A DNA stretch of 64,000 bases, taken from positions 80,539 through 144,538 of the forward strand of contig NW_004797513.1 of NCBI RefSeq assembly GCF_000002075.1, in the 5' to 3' direction. The position numbers and the translations under genes were made by a program. Every line of letters begins with the position of its first letter. Position 1 is the first letter of the stretch. Positions 25,430 to 40,800 of the stretch are shown one piece after another. The notes beneath the pieces were generated by a model that worked only from the letters and a program-made list of their open reading frames with translations, did no database searches and was not told the origin of the DNA. This DNA is from Aplysia californica (Eukaryota).

Positions 25430-26189
25430 TCTCTCTCTCAACTCATTTTCCCGCAAGTGGCCTAACACCGACAATGAAAACTTTATCAAGGGGAATTGTT
25501 CTGTCACACTGTCAGTCAGTAAAAATGTTAAAATCATGCAAGAGTAGTATACTAATGAAAACCTCTTCAGCAAGAAATATCCAATCTTTTTCAACACTTA
25601 ATACAACCCATACAAAATTAGTCGCTTTTATCCTCTTAAAGATCTCTACTTAGTAAGTGTGATATTGTTGTGGCAGCTGATTTGGAAACAGTCGTTATTT
25701 CCTTGTTGTTGTTGACGTTAATGTTGTTAAAAGGGATAATCCTTTGTGATGCAATTGTTGTAGAAATACTTATTGCGCCCCATGTTCTCTTCATTAAACA
25801 TGCCACACTTGTTTACATTTCACCATCCGTTATCATGCTTCTGTGTCACTTCTGTTGTCGTAGTTATTACCATCATCTTAACCACTAATATTACCACACT
25901 GTTGGAATATCATTCTCATCATCATAATTATTATTATTATTATTACATATTATCATTTATTATTATCACATAGAAGATGTGAGCTTCAACTCCCACACGA
26001 GGAAGAGTCTCTGTCCGTCTGCAGAAATGCTGATTCCCTCTACCCCTGGATTGTCCCATATAACCAGGGTCAAAGAAACCAACCATGGATTATCTAAATT
26101 GTGTCGAAGGGGGTGTAAAACATTTACAATCAAAAGCAGTTCCTCGACAGAGATTGCTATTATCAATGAGGAAAACCAGCTAAGATTTA

Positions 26190-26470
26190 GTACGAGGTTT
26201 TACGGTGCTCGCAACTGCACAAGGTTATATGAGCGCCAGAAGATTAGAGGTGTTACAAGAGAGTAACAAGTATAAAAAAGGAGAAGGGGAGATAAGGACG
26301 ATAGACGTCAGATGGGAAAGAAGAAGCAAACTACACCAGAGCACCCACAAAACCACCCGAAGATTAAAAGTGTTACTACAGGGTAACATACAAAGAAAAG
26401 AAGGACTAGAGAGAAGGACGAGAGATGTTTGATAAGAAAGAAGAAGCAAACTGCACTAGAAAACCCGCCA
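26190..26470 (-). mobile_element. Family B short retroelement plus tandem partial copy
   Basis: Tail gttttacggtgctcgcaactgcacaaggttatatgagcgcc shared with SINE A; body matches 47101-47265. Confidence 0.7.
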
Positions 26471-29400
26471 AATCACTTACAAAACATGCTTAAACATAGC
26501 AAACTGGCATACACAGTAATTCTTTGAAAAAATAAAATTTTTAAAAAGCAACACTGATACACATGTACTGTCAACAAAGAAATAAAAACATTCATCAAAG
26601 ATACATGTACAACAACGTGTGTTTATTTGCATCGAGAGAGTCAAAAATAACGAATAACACAACATATTCCATTCTATCATAACCCCGACATGTACAGTAG
26701 TCTCTAGGTAAGCAATATTCACAGCCGCTTGGTAATCTCTTTTTCTTTTGTTTTATTCGTTTTTATTTTATTTTTTTTCAGCCTTCACTTTATTAGCTTG
26801 AGGCTCAAAGCTGTGGACACTGCAGTCGCATTCTCCGAACAATAGAGATGAGCACATTACTGCAATCCTCACATTGGTCAATCATTGCAGAAATCAGTAG
26901 GTTGTCACTTTGAATAATCAGAGAGAAACAAAACATTCTGAGTGATACGAATATCAGAATTACAACAGTAACAAGAGGTAGATGGAGACCGTACAAAACC
27001 ACGTCTCAAGTTTTTTCCTGCCTCTACTCCTCTCTAGGCAGATGAACCAATGAGCTATAGTCTATAACAGAGGTTGTGGAGCTGGTGATCATCAAAGATC
27101 TCACAACTCATAATTGTACGCCCACAACACAACGGTCTATAGACGGGCAGCCACTAAAACTACCATAATATATCTTCTCTGATCAAAATTAAGCTTTAGT
27201 TTTCATAAAAGTTTTACAGCACTTGCAGCTCAAATAGGTCATATAAGTACTAAAGAATAACATATATGAAAAAAAAACAAGGAGAGATAAGGATAATAGA
27301 TGATAGGAACAAACTACACCAGAGCACCCACCAGCCACCCACTCGGACAGCTGGTGATTTTTCAAAGATTTCATAATCATACGTCCACTACATGGGCGGT
27401 GACTAAAATTATCACAATCCGTCTTCTCTGATCAGAGACCTCCATCTCACAAACAACACGATGTACACAACAGAATCCTGATCAGCAGTCTAGCTTCAGC
27501 GGAACAACAGCAAAAACTATGACCTCTTGAAATAAGTCACCTACTAGTATTTTAGAAGTGTGCCAAAAAAAAACCCAACCCCAATCTTTCCACAAGTATA
27601 TGACACTGCCAAACTATCTGCCCAAAAGTGCTCTAATAAAAACACTTACTCTCCTCATGTCAGTTTGGAAAATGAAAATATTCACTTCGGTTAATGCATT
27701 TTTTAAATTCACCTTATTTTTTCATGTTTTCCAAATCTTGAAGAGTTTTATTTTATTGCACGGGGTACAGGAGCTCTAGAAACAGATAATTTAAAAACTA
27801 AAATACATGTCATGTAAAAATGAGACTTGAGTTAAAGTTAACGCTCAAGCAACACAGGTTTTGCTATTGCTATGTTCTTTTTAAGATTTATAATAGGACA
27901 CTGTATTCAGTTGTATAGTTAGTTACTATAAAGCTTTGGAAAACTGAGAGGAGACATCAACATATCATCAGCATTATTCTGCAATCGCCTTAATTAATTT
28001 CTTAGGGGGGGGGGTCTTCTCCAGATAAAGCTATTATTCAAATAAAGATATCAACAGGAATCTTATAATACAGTTTTATTCTGTTTTGTCTGTTCCTTCC
28101 TATTTATTGACTGAACAATAACAAGTTGTCACCTCAACTCTCAACTATTTTGTCCAAAGTGCCTCTTTACTTAAGTACACTTTGGACAAAATAGATCTGA
28201 GGCAACAAAGTGCCAAAGTCACAGTTTTGATTTGGGCTGTCTCTTTTTCTGTAATTTTACTTCCAAAAATGACTTCGATGATATGTCTGTCACTGACTGA
28301 CCACCACACATATTCTCTACTACAAAGAAAGGAAATTTGAGTAGAAAAGTCAGGAAACTGAGAACTCAGAAAGTTCTTCCTCCACAGCTTTAAGCTTTAA
28401 GTGATGAAGCAATCCATTAACTACAAAGTTTATCTCCCGCTAGGTAAACTATACACTATACAAAAGCTGATTTCTTTAATTGTAGTTGTAGAAAGGTCAA
28501 GAGATCATGACTTCATCAGCTCTGGTCTCATTATAACTGAGTCCTGTCTACAGCACACACATGTACAAAGGCTTGACACTGAAGAATCCCACTGGAAACA
28601 CAAACAAAACTATTCTAAACATACAAATGAAAACCAACTCCAGCTTCACCTGGCCCCAGTTATAAGACTACATAGTACCCACAGTCGTAGTAAATCTTCA
28701 TGTAACATTTTAATTAATATCTTATTTACAAGTTCACATCAATCCGTTTAAGCAAATGAATACATGATACAAACTGTTGAAATGCAGACAATTGCGAGTA
28801 AAAATGGTTGAAAATACAAACAAACATCTTGGCATAATATAATAATATATGTATTATTATTGTGACCATCATTCTATCACCCATCAACAGCTGTTGAAAG
28901 TAACAAGAATGCTTGAGAAGTAACAAACACTGTAACAAAGTTAAGAATAGAACTTGTCTCCCAATTTCACAGGGACCTCGAGGACGGCAAATTGTCGGCC
29001 AGCTTTTCAACGGTTCTCTTAGCCCAAGATTTTGAGTCATTTTTGATAGTCCTTTTTTAATCATCAGTGGTATCAGTTGCAAATGCTCAAGAAATATTTT
29101 GCCTTAACTAAAATTCCAAATGTTGAAAAAAAAAACCAAGAAAATATACACAATATAGAGGTACAATTTTTAAAAGAATGAAATGTGAGGCACCATGGTG
29201 AAATCAGGCGCTTGTCAAAATAACGAAATCGAAGAAACAGGAATTTTTCCGCCAGTTACGCAATTTTTATAGAATTTTTTTTTTCTGGCTCAAACCCTTT
29301 TATTTCCATATAAAAACATATTTCTATGGGAATTTTACCGAAAAACGTTGATTAATTTAAAGGCACAAAATATGTCTTTTTTTTTTACCACTGAAACCAG

Positions 29401-30559
29401 GCGACCTCACCTCCTTCAATTGCAAATATCTTGACTTCTATTCAAGATAGATGCATTTTTTTTTTCAAAGAAAGCAAAACAAATGAAAAAGCTTTCAGAT
29501 GATATACTCCACATGTCCAAAAATTGATGAGCGCTTGATTCCACCGCGTCATGACACAAAAAGTCTTTTCTCTCCACTGAAAAATGCTGCTTTGTCGGCA
29601 TAAAACAATCAGTTGAAGAGCTTGCAGACAATATCAGGAACTTAAAACACTTCACAACTAGAAAAAATCATCACGCTCATCTATTTCAGTTATGCTGAGA
29701 AAACGCAGCCCTCATTCTCATATTATTTTTTTTTTAAACACAACTTTTGATCATCTTCTTCATTAGACATACTCATGCAGAGCAAGAAAAATTTTAACAC
29801 AGTACATGACACTGCCTTAGGAAAAAACAAACAAACAAGATATTTAACAATAAGCACAATGGAAAAAATAGAAGTTCAGGCACACAAAGTGGAACATAAA
29901 GCTGTTGCATTTTATACCCCAAACAGGGTTGAGCTATTTAAATGGAATACACTTGATTTAAGAATTCAACAAAAATTGTTTAGCACAGAAAGAGGTGAAC
30001 GTTCTCCATCTAAATTAAGAAAGTCTACAATATTTTGTAAACACAATTTATGGACAAAACATTTCCAAATAACAAAACATAGGTATCAAATTATCATAAC
30101 AGTGGGCAATGACTAAAACCAAATACTGTGAAACAAGCACTTTTTTCTCAAACATATTAACTCAAAAACAGACTTTCAAATATGTTTAGTTACAACCAAA
30201 TGATCGGTCAACAATACACACATCTAAGCTGAAGAAATTAAAATATTACCATACAGTTACAAATCATTTGTCAAAAACTATTTTGGGACACAGTCTTGCA
30301 AGGGTTCAAATCAACACAAACAACAAGCTTTCAGGAAACTCACGCACAATTCAATAATGTTGGGTACAGACAAAAAAGATACAAGCTGGTCCCTGGTCCA
30401 AACCTGCTTCCCAAGACAACTACTGGGACGTTTGGCTCCTTATCAAGTGATGGCACACATGTACCCCACTCATAAGCAAAGTAAAGGTCCTAAATTCGTT
30501 TTAAAATTTCACGTAATGCCTATATACATAAGACAGAATAAAACATTATTGTTTTCTGT

Positions 30560-30620
<61 letters not shown>

Positions 30621-33529
30621 TGGATGTAGAAAGTTGGATCCGAGTCAAGAAACATACAGACGCTATGATGGTACATAAACGTGAAGTGGAATGAGCTCAG
30701 AATCTGATCAAACCAAATGTCATTGATGGATGACCAGACCAAAGGTCACACAGTGGCACCACTTTTGGCCCTGGAATGTATCAACACACAGAATCATGAA
30801 AATGATAAGTTAACTTGTTCTTTATGACATACAATTTACTGCAACAACTTCGGTCAAAATACTGTCCTCTTTCAATATCGTTTTACACCCAAGCACATAC
30901 ATGTTACATCATTGCACTGCGAATGGTCCTCATATGAGCGATTCAAAATGGAGGGAAAGATAGGAAGAAAACCCAATAATTTAATGACAGCATTCCATTC
31001 AAAAGTTCATGGGGTGTGGTGAGACAATATTTCAGCCCCGCGATTCCTATTTTTTTCGGGAAAAGCTGAAACTGCTGCCATACTGCAACATCCCAGATGG
31101 CAAAGATATAACAGAGAAGGAAAGAAATAGAGAAGGAGTAAGAAATTCAATTATGTGCAATGTTGAATGAGTTTATTGGAATGAGATGATAGGTGAGGGT
31201 GGTTTGAAAACACATTTCGTGAGGGAGCTGGTAGGTAAACTTTAAGCTGCATTTCCACTAATATCTTCGTGCCGTATCTTAACAAAAGAAGTATACATAT
31301 CATATAACAAGTCTTTGGCCCCTCCGCAGATTCTACATATTATTCTACAACAGAGAAAATGAATTTTCTATAATAAATGCAATAGCAGCAGCATACTGGT
31401 AAGAGTTTTACAGCCCTCGCAACTGCATACCGTCATATGAGCACTCAACATACTACACAGGAAAATAGAATGTTTATAACACATTTCCAAGCAAAATATA
31501 AAGCGCACAAAATATTTTCCACTGTACGATTTTAGTTTACGAAATTAGTGGAAAACAGACCCAGGACAGCCTAGTGGCATTTTCCTCCCAAGTCCTGTCT
31601 ATACACAGACACAAAGAAGCACAGGAATGGCCAATACTTCAGGATTTTGATCACTGCGAATGTCCTTTAAAGCCACAGGAAAGAAGGTGGTAAAAATCTC
31701 AATTTTAAAAAGTAAGTATCCGAATTGAAAACTTTTGGGAAAAGAGAACTCTTGTTTTTATAAATTTGATTTACTTTTTGAGAGTTGACGAAACTATACA
31801 TAACACAGAGAAAAGTGGAAACAAAGACCACAATATACCAGAAAGAATAGCATCTTAACCCACAACCAAAACGACAAAAATTTTATACGACCCAAAAAGT
31901 ATTCAGGCAAATTCAACACAACTGTTATTCATCCTTTTTTCTCTACCGAGACAACAAAATAATATTTTTCATACAAAAAAACCATTTTCACTGACAAATG
32001 TTCTTAACAAGTCATTCAGGCTAATTGTATTGATGAGAATGACTCAATTTGTGGTCACACAAACTGAAAACTGTAACATATGTGCAGAACACAAACTTGT
32101 CATTCATGCAGCCTGTATACAAAGTCCTTCCAAACTTTTTGGTGAAATTTCTTAACTGCAGTGTGACGGGGCAGACGTTTCAGAGTCCTGGAGTTGAAGA
32201 TTTGAGTGTCTTAACCAGGAGCGAAAACACACATCAAAATAAAAAATTAAACCACCTCTCACTCCTTTTGTAGGAATATAAAGTTAAAGCATGAGAAGGA
32301 TTGTCACCACCTTATCTACCTCAGTCCAAACCCTGCACACAAAAAGACACCATCCACCACAACTTTTGCTAAAAACACTGGACAGATCTCACCAGAATAG
32401 CTTGATAGTTAAACACAAACAATTACAAAAGAAATGGGCACATCAAATAAATAAAATAGATCACATAAGTTATAAATGCCTATTTTTTTTAACCGCCATA
32501 GTATATAGTAAAATAATACATGTTTTCTTTGCATAATGCATGAATTAAAACATTTGAGCATCTGTGAATCAATTATTGGTGTTCATATAACAACAAATGT
32601 GTGGCTTGTGAGACTGATAAAACTCAGTCTCACAGAATGTTCCTTTCTCAGTTTTAGGGATCCTCTTGTTCCATCTGGCTTTCACATCACTATCGAGCAC
32701 ATGACGTTCATCTATCAAATACGAAATATTCAAATAAAATAACACCCTCGAAGTCTTGACACTCACTACATCATCACTTTACCTTCCTTAACACTGCACT
32801 CAAAATCAGCAAACAAAGACATGAAAACAGATCAGAACATACAGCCCAAATTTACAGTCTTTGATTTCACTACCACAGGACCACTGCTTCTTATCGCAAC
32901 AACAACAAAAAAAGGTGGCTATATATGGCATCACACATGTGTATAATCATTGTGATTTCTCAGAACAGATCAAAATCAGTCTAGATAAAGTGCATAAGCA
33001 CTGCGAAACTTTTATTATTAACATCACAGTGATAGTTCCAACTTTGTAAGTCACACGCCGCTTCAATTTTATCCTAATTACTCCAACATGATACTATAAA
33101 TGCAGCTCAGCCAACAAATCTGTTACAAATATTTTGGATCGAATACAATATTATTCATTTTTCGGTAAACTTAAAGAGGGTGGCAACAGCATTTTCCATC
33201 CTTGAGGTCGGTTGCTAGTCACGAGATTTGAAAAGCCAATCTGAGGCTGAAGGGCTAGAACTCAGATGGTCGCCGGATCTGGCAAATCATGCATGTACCT
33301 TTTACCAATTTTGTCAAAATGTAGTTCTTCGTATGCATTTCAGCTCAACTATAGCAATTACGTTGACAGACAAGTCAAAGAAATCATATCTTTTTCACCT
33401 GAAACTGCCTGGTACACAAGCAGTCCTTTGTACAAGACGAATGCTGAGAAAGGAGAAAGTAAAGACTAATTCACAAAGGAAATGCAGAGATAGAAGAGAG
33501 GAAGGCCAAGACTCATTCACAAAAGAATT

Positions 33530-33715
33530 ACAGTCGAACCTGCCCTAACCGCCACCTGTCCAAGACAATCACCTGTACAAATTACACCACATTTCCCACT
33601 TTCCCTCGGTTTTTTTTCGGTTTTTTCTACATTATAATGTTCAAGACGTCCACCTGTCTTAGACAACCACTTTTCCCCTCAACAATGGGTCGCCGTCTTG
33701 CACAATTTCAACTGC
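33530..33715. mobile_element. Tc1/pogo-type MITE (cagtcgaacctg... family); relatives 36262-36895, 42130-42937, 44680-44850
   Basis: tacagtc(g/a)aacctg... termini and repeated ggtggccgtcttagacag subterminal motifs. Confidence 0.7.
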
Positions 33716-34584
33716 AGTTTGAGGGAGGGTGAAGCAGAAAAACAAACCAAAGTGAAAATGACTCGACAAACCGTCAGTAAAAAGTAGCTGTCGCATCTCC
33801 GACGAGAAAATTACGCACTTGTCCCAACAAACACTGTTCATATGCACTACAGAGGCCACACCCACATTTCGACACCTTTTCAACAATATCTCATGACGAG
33901 GAAGGTCGGCCTACGACTAATGTATTCAACTCACAAACACATACACAATCCGAACAAGGAGTGTTCTCATGACTGGCTAAAGTTTCTGCTAGTAATTCCC
34001 TAAGTTGCACAGAATGCCTTTGTCATACACATTTCACTCAGTTTGAGACATGATTCACCATAGACATGATCAACCTTCTGTGAGAATCTGTCAGAACATT
34101 CAGTCAAAGTGTAGACACTTTGATTTAAATAACCAGAGCATCCATTTAACAATAGCAAACAGTTCTAACATTTCAACAAAAAATAGTGACTTAAGACTTA
34201 TTTCAAAATTTAAGACCTGGTCAAAAGTAATATACAGCAAAGCCTTTAATTTTTAAAGTTATCTTTGACAAGGAATGACTTTTTATCCAAAATTTTGTGT
34301 AAGGGATGCTATGCTCACTTATTCAATAGTCTGCTTAACACATCAATATTGGATAGATGATTTTCTCTTTATTAACTGGATTTCAAGAACATTTCTGAAT
34401 ATTTTATGTGGCTGCTTCTCTATCTGTGACAAGCCAGACACCGGGTGTGTATATTATGTATCACATGACAGACGTAAACCTCTCACCATATTTCCTTGGG
34501 ACAACAGCGTTCAGGACATATGGAGTGTATAGCAACTTCAGGTGTATGGCTACTTAATAACTTGATCATTAATGATAAAATAGC

Positions 34585-34740
34585 ATCTGTATAGCTCAAA
34601 TTACCGCTCAACAGTAAGCTCTACGCGCTTTACAATCTATTCTATTACCTCAGCAGACGTGATAACATTCTGAAACAATCTCAGCTTCCTGTGAAGCATA
34701 CAGTGCAAGCTGCCATTCTACAGGCGCTAAAACACTAACA
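34585..34740 (-). mobile_element. SINE family D fragment (L2-type tail) just downstream of the PLEKHA8 stop
   Basis: Similar to 45240-45540 and 45615-45920 (ctctaagcgcttcaca...gaagcatacagtgcaag). Confidence 0.6.
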
Positions 34741-34850
34741 ACAACAAAATATTCTTTACGTTCCATCTATCAAAGCAAAGTAACAAAGTCCCAATCATGC
34801 TGCATTTTCCCATACTTTCTTCCATATCACATGATCCAAGGATAGGTAAA

Positions 34851-37800
34851 TCAGACCGTATCTTTCGAGTCTAGGTTGTGCTCTATGTAAAAGTCACTGA
34901 TGACACACAAGACACGGTCGAGGTGCGACACAAATTCCTCAATGTCCGACATGAGCACGTGTTCAAACTGCCGAGAGGTCACATCAACAGACTCATCGGC
35001 TGCCAGATGGGTGATGAAATCTTCACGGTACGGAATCGCCTTCACTGCAACCTAGGGAAGACAAGATATAGGTCTCTTTGTTTGATAGAAGCATATAGAC
35101 ACAGTAAAAGACATTAAGTGCTAGGAAAAAAGCAAGACTGATAGACAGAAACATCAGAGAAGACAAAGGGCCTACAGGTGGCACTCTCCACACACCTAGG
35201 GTATGGGTTGCCAAATTAAAGAAATTTACACACGAGCGTGCCAATATCATTTTTAACACTTTGAACCCTTGCACCGGAGGCACATAAAACTGCTCATATG
35301 CCTAGCCACCGGTGTAGAGGTGGGTGAGACCCCATCAATTACCCTGCCCACTTGAGACAAAACATGTACGGAAAACAGCGTTCACTACACAAGACATTGA
35401 TTATTTTGAAAATCTTTCTGATTTAGATGCTGGTAATGACAAGGATTACCCTGAGTGGGATATGGAATGTGATTCTGACGACCATATAAATGTTAGTGAT
35501 ATATCGCTCAGGAGCTCAAGCAGAAGGGCACGGTAGTCTCAGGAGGTCAGAGCTCAAAGGTGTAAATAAATATCAATCTGAAATATGCAATACAATATAG
35601 GCCAACTCAGCAGGCCAACAGTTTTCCTTTTAACAAATCTGCAATATTGGAACTATGAAGACATTCAAAGTTGTTAAACCCAATTCATTAAAATCCTGGA
35701 GATATCTCTCTTTAAGAGTTTTGTCTTCTCTTGTTCTTATGAGAATAACGCTTAGAACTTCTCAAAGTTTTGATTTAGTAGTTGAATCCTTTCTTACACA
35801 TCCTGACAAAACACAAAGAAAGACTAACAGACAATTTCAAACTTTCATCAGGTGCCAACTGGCTACGAAAATAATCCTGAACTTTTCTGAGCCCATAGAA
35901 ATGAGAGCAAAGGTTTTCAAAATTTAGAGATTGAATTGTCCAAGGCATCTTGTCGTGATTTGATTTTATACTTCGCAATAATCGTCTTAAAGCCGGCAAA
36001 AATCAGGATAATTTCGTGAATCTGGATTTCTTGATTTATCTAGAGCAAAATGGCACCTCTAAGGAGAAGATGCAGGATGTAACTCACAGCAAACACTCCC
36101 CTGACCACCCAGCCATGGTAGTTCTTCAGCGTCCGGCTGTAGGCGTTGCTAGCACACACACTCAGGTCAGTGCTACCTGAACTGCACTCTCGGAGAAACT
36201 CCCGGATGAACTCCAGGCTTCTGTGGACAGAAAAACATTCAGCTTGTAGGGATATTCAAATACAGTTGAACTTCTCCAAGACAACCACTCACTGTTGAAG
36301 GGAATTTTTTTTTTTTTAAGTGTTTTATGGCGCTCGCAACTGCATAAAGTCATATGAGCTTGCTGAACATGTTAAACATTTTCAGCTGATAGGAAAGTTT
36401 GAATTTTGCTCGGATGGCGGCTAAACCCAATTTCTATAGATTTTGGACCACAAAGGGATCTTTAACGTGGGCAACTTGAACATGGGACCTTCAAGATTTT
36501 TCGCCCTTAACCGAGAAGGCTAGGTGTAGATCTTTCTTACCATAAGATTAAAGGTGTGGCTGAAAGACAGTAGTAAGAAGGAGCCAAGGGGTAGCAGTAG
36601 AAAGGCTGCAGAAAAAGTCAGTAGCCCAGAGGAGGGGGCAAAGAAGGTGAGGGGGTGAGGGCAGAAAGTGGAGAGAAAAGCAGACGATAGAACATTGTTA
36701 GAGAGCAGGAAAGGATGTGAAAGGAGAAATTTTAAAGAAGTCGCTATCCTGATTTGAACTTGTGGCCTATTGAATAAGGGGCGAACACCTTAACCTCTAG
36801 ACTATGAGAGCCCCCTGGAAGGAAATATTTCTGTCTTAGACAGGTGGACGTCTTCAACAGTGTCACTATAATATAGAAAAACAGGGGGGAAAAATATTGC
36901 AGTACCTCATTTTTCATGCAACAGCAATTAATATAGGCATATTATATGCCAAAGAAGAGGCTGCAATTGTTAAAATGAAATTTTAAAAAACACCTTTATA
37001 AAAGATTGTCTGTGGAGACACTCAGTTTTGCACAAAGTGAATATTTTTTAAACAAAAACAAGAGTCGAGTTTTCATCACTTGACATTTCATAGCACGAAA
37101 AAATCTGCACACCATTGGAGTCTAGATGGAAGAGTCGCAGTTCCATTCTTATTCATAAAAGCCGAAATCCATTTGCATGTATAAAGTTGTACGTTTATTA
37201 TTTTGGTAAAAAAGGAAGAGGATACACAATCAGCATATGTAACACTACAATGGCTCATATTCTTTTATACTGTTTCTTTCCTTTACAGAGAAAACATTTT
37301 GCTGAACACGATTCCGATCTTTATATAAAAATAATTCATCATATTCTAAACAGGGTGCACAAAAGTATGAAGCCAAAAGATTTGAAAAACTAATCCCTGT
37401 GCATGAAGTTTTCCAAATTTGACACTGATTTGTGTGTGTGTAAAAAAAAATTGAGTAGCTAAATTTTCTTACAGCAGTGGTGATACATTTTTATAAATAC
37501 ATCCTTCCCTTTTTTTTCCTAGACCCCCATCCTTCTCTTCCGCCAACCCAAAAACTGCAGCGATCGTACCTCTTCAACCAGAGTAGAGCGGAGGTGGCAC
37601 TGTTGGAATGTGTGTGTTGCTGGGCCTGGACTTCCTGCAGCACCATGGACTGGAGGGTGGTGAAAGTCTCCGGGTCACTTGAGTATTTCTGATTGATTTT
37701 CTGGTATCACAAAGAGAAAAACAATATTCAGTATAACACAGGTAGGTCGAACACAGAAGACTCGAAATCCCACATCCAAACAGTGCATGCAGTCCCGTTT

Positions 37801-40800
37801 GTTTTGTTTTTTTTCTTCTTTATATTCTTTATGGAACACTGATGTCCATATTCTATCATTCAACCATAGAAAGTAGGATCAATTTTTGTATAACAGCATG
37901 GGCCGGAAACACAAGACAACAAGATAAAGAAAAATTAAATCATGTAATTATGGAAAGCATGTAAAATTTCAAGATCTACATTCCCTTACTTGGATGAATT
38001 GTACATAACAGCTAGCACCAAAAAATTTATTCCACCGTTTTAGACAACAAACATCCCTTGTTCCCTCAAATAAAAACATCAGTCAGAAGTAAAAAACCTA
38101 CGCTTTTTATCTGTAACAAAGAAAGATATAGAAGGTCATTTTAAATTTTTACTATCATCAATCAAAATTCTGCCATCTTAACCATCTTGTTATAAGTATT
38201 TATATGACCTTAGAGCATGCATCAGAATAACATTGAGTATGTATCTAGCCTAAGATTATTATTGTTTATATTGCTCTTCATATATATATATATATTTATA
38301 TATAATGTATGTGGACAATAAAGATGTATTTTATCTTATCTATCTATCTTATCTTGTCTTCGTAAGATATCCCTCGAACTACCGAGACCAGTCCCGATGA
38401 ATCAGAGTTATCCGTGTTATACTGTCGTTTTTTTTAAAGTTATTTCATTTCTTCCCCTTCAAAAATTCTAAGCCAGGGTTCACAATATTATGTCAATATA
38501 TGATAGCACAAACTTTGGGCGAGAGCTAAGACTTTCAAAAAAAACTTCGAAATTTTATATTCTAATACAAAGAGGAATAGCTCACCCAACCATGTGTTAA
38601 ACTAAAAAATCTCTTTAAACAAAGTTGATGGCTCGTTCAGAATGTTATAAACTTTTATATATGAATGCATCATAAAGAAGAAAAAAACAGCTTCCCTCTT
38701 AAATTTTAGCTTTATCTTCAGGGAATCTAATAAAAGAACATACTAAAACTCCCCTGATTACATTACTCATTACAACAGAGTTCACAATCCAGAATACCAA
38801 GAAAAATAACAACACAATAGTTTCCATTTTCGACTATATAAAGTCTGGTCTTCTGTTCTTTCCCTTTGCCCTTGGCGACATCATAAAAATGTGTGTAACT
38901 CAATTCCCTTATGTGCCTATAAACATTAATCACCTTACATAGGTGGTGACAAAAGGGTTATTGATAACTAGCAGATTTTATGTGACAATTTGACATTGGC
39001 CGTCTATTACTGAAGAGATGCACAAGATACTTAAGTCCATAGCCATTCAACAAAATTTCTTAGTGTGTTAATTAGCCCATTAGTATTACATAAAATCTTG
39101 CTGTTTTGGGGGTTTTTTTCATTAGCTATCAAGCCAAAGAGTGTCATAGAACAAGGCTGAATAAATGTGTCATGAAAACACAGTTACAAGACAACCGAAC
39201 AATCGACTATTACAAACTTCAGGGTTTAAGTTATCTTTTGTAAGTCACCTTGATCTCAGATTAATTCAATGCCTTCCTAGTCACATTACATAGGTAGGGT
39301 CCACATTTTTTACTTTACTGGCTTTTTGCATCTTGAGAGACAATCTTAAAGCAGTATGTATGATTCAGCTTTGCGTGGGCAGTAGACATAGAGGAAGTAG
39401 ATCACTAAGCGCTACTCCCCTCCCTTCAGATCTTGACTTCCTTGACACACTCCAAAAGAGAAGCATGGTCAATATGTTTGGAATCAAGAAAGAGGGTGTC
39501 TCATTATATTACAGGTGTGACAGGGTCCACACGGCGGTCAAATAAATAGGAAAAAACATGTGGGCATTTCCTCAAAAAAGTCACTACAGCAGATGGTGGT
39601 TTTTGAGGTAAGTTTCCTGGGCACACAAGGTATCAAAAAGTGTGGATTAAAAGCAATCAAACTATACTTACTCTGATATTACCAGTGAAGTCCATCTTCA
39701 CAGGGGCAAATGCTGTTCCATTCAATTTATCTGAGGAAAGACAGGGAAATGACATCAGGTGATATCAAAGAAACAAGTACTGTTTATAGAACCTATGGAA
39801 TAGTTAATTCAAATAAACTAGTAGTAACAAAATGTTCCATGACTAAAATGTACAAATTCATAAAGAGGCTCTTCTTTACAAAAACAAAACTTAACTTTAC
39901 AGGATTCTTATCAAAATTCACAAGCATAACTTTGAAATGATTTGTAACATTTTGTCTGTCACAATTTTGTATACTGGTATCTCAAAAAAAGACTCAATTT
40001 CATGACTACCATCCATCCTATCAACTGACCATGATAAAATAAGGGGTTTTCACTCACCAAATATTAGAGCCAAGTTTCTACATGCATCTAAAAAGGGGTT
40101 GACCAGAATCCCACTCGCCTGACTCGTATCTATGTGAGAAAAACTGAAACAAACAAAAATCCAAAAGTGAAATTTGCATCTACTGCAGAAGTACTTCACA
40201 AAAGAAGTAATAATTTGCACAAAATATGGAGAGGCAAAAAAGTAATCATCTATAAATCAACCAGAGAATAACCAACTCTTTAATAACATGGTGGATCATT
40301 ATAACAATAATGATAATGTCTTTAAAACTTTATCAGTTTGATCTACAGTTTCACTGATAAAACGAGAAAACAAGAAAATTCAATCTTTATTAATTATTTG
40401 GACAGCAGATGAATGACAGGGAAAGATCAGGATAAGTAGCTTTTCTGAGAGCATACAAGCAAACGAATGAAAGGAGAACCATATTCACCGATGTCTGTCG
40501 CAGGTCTATCACTTGATGATGATTAATTATTTCATGAAGTCAAAACATAAAATATAACTTGATTTTCTCATCAGTATACGTTAGTTAAAATCACTGTTAA
40601 CAGGATTTACCACTCTCGACTCACTTTGAGGGCATGGTGGAAAAAAAAGTGGAAATGGTTCCATCTATGGCATCTTTGAAATCTTCCCCGGCCAAATCTT
40701 CGGACGAAGCTGCAGCGGACAAAACAGACGGGGAGGCCAGGCCTTGACCATCTCCCACAGTCAGCTCACCGCTCTTTTCAGGCGGAGCAGAGAGTCCATT

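Noticed and set aside
40530-40580. CTGATGA...GAAA on the minus strand as a possible hammerhead core
   Set aside because: The required stems could not be formed around the core.
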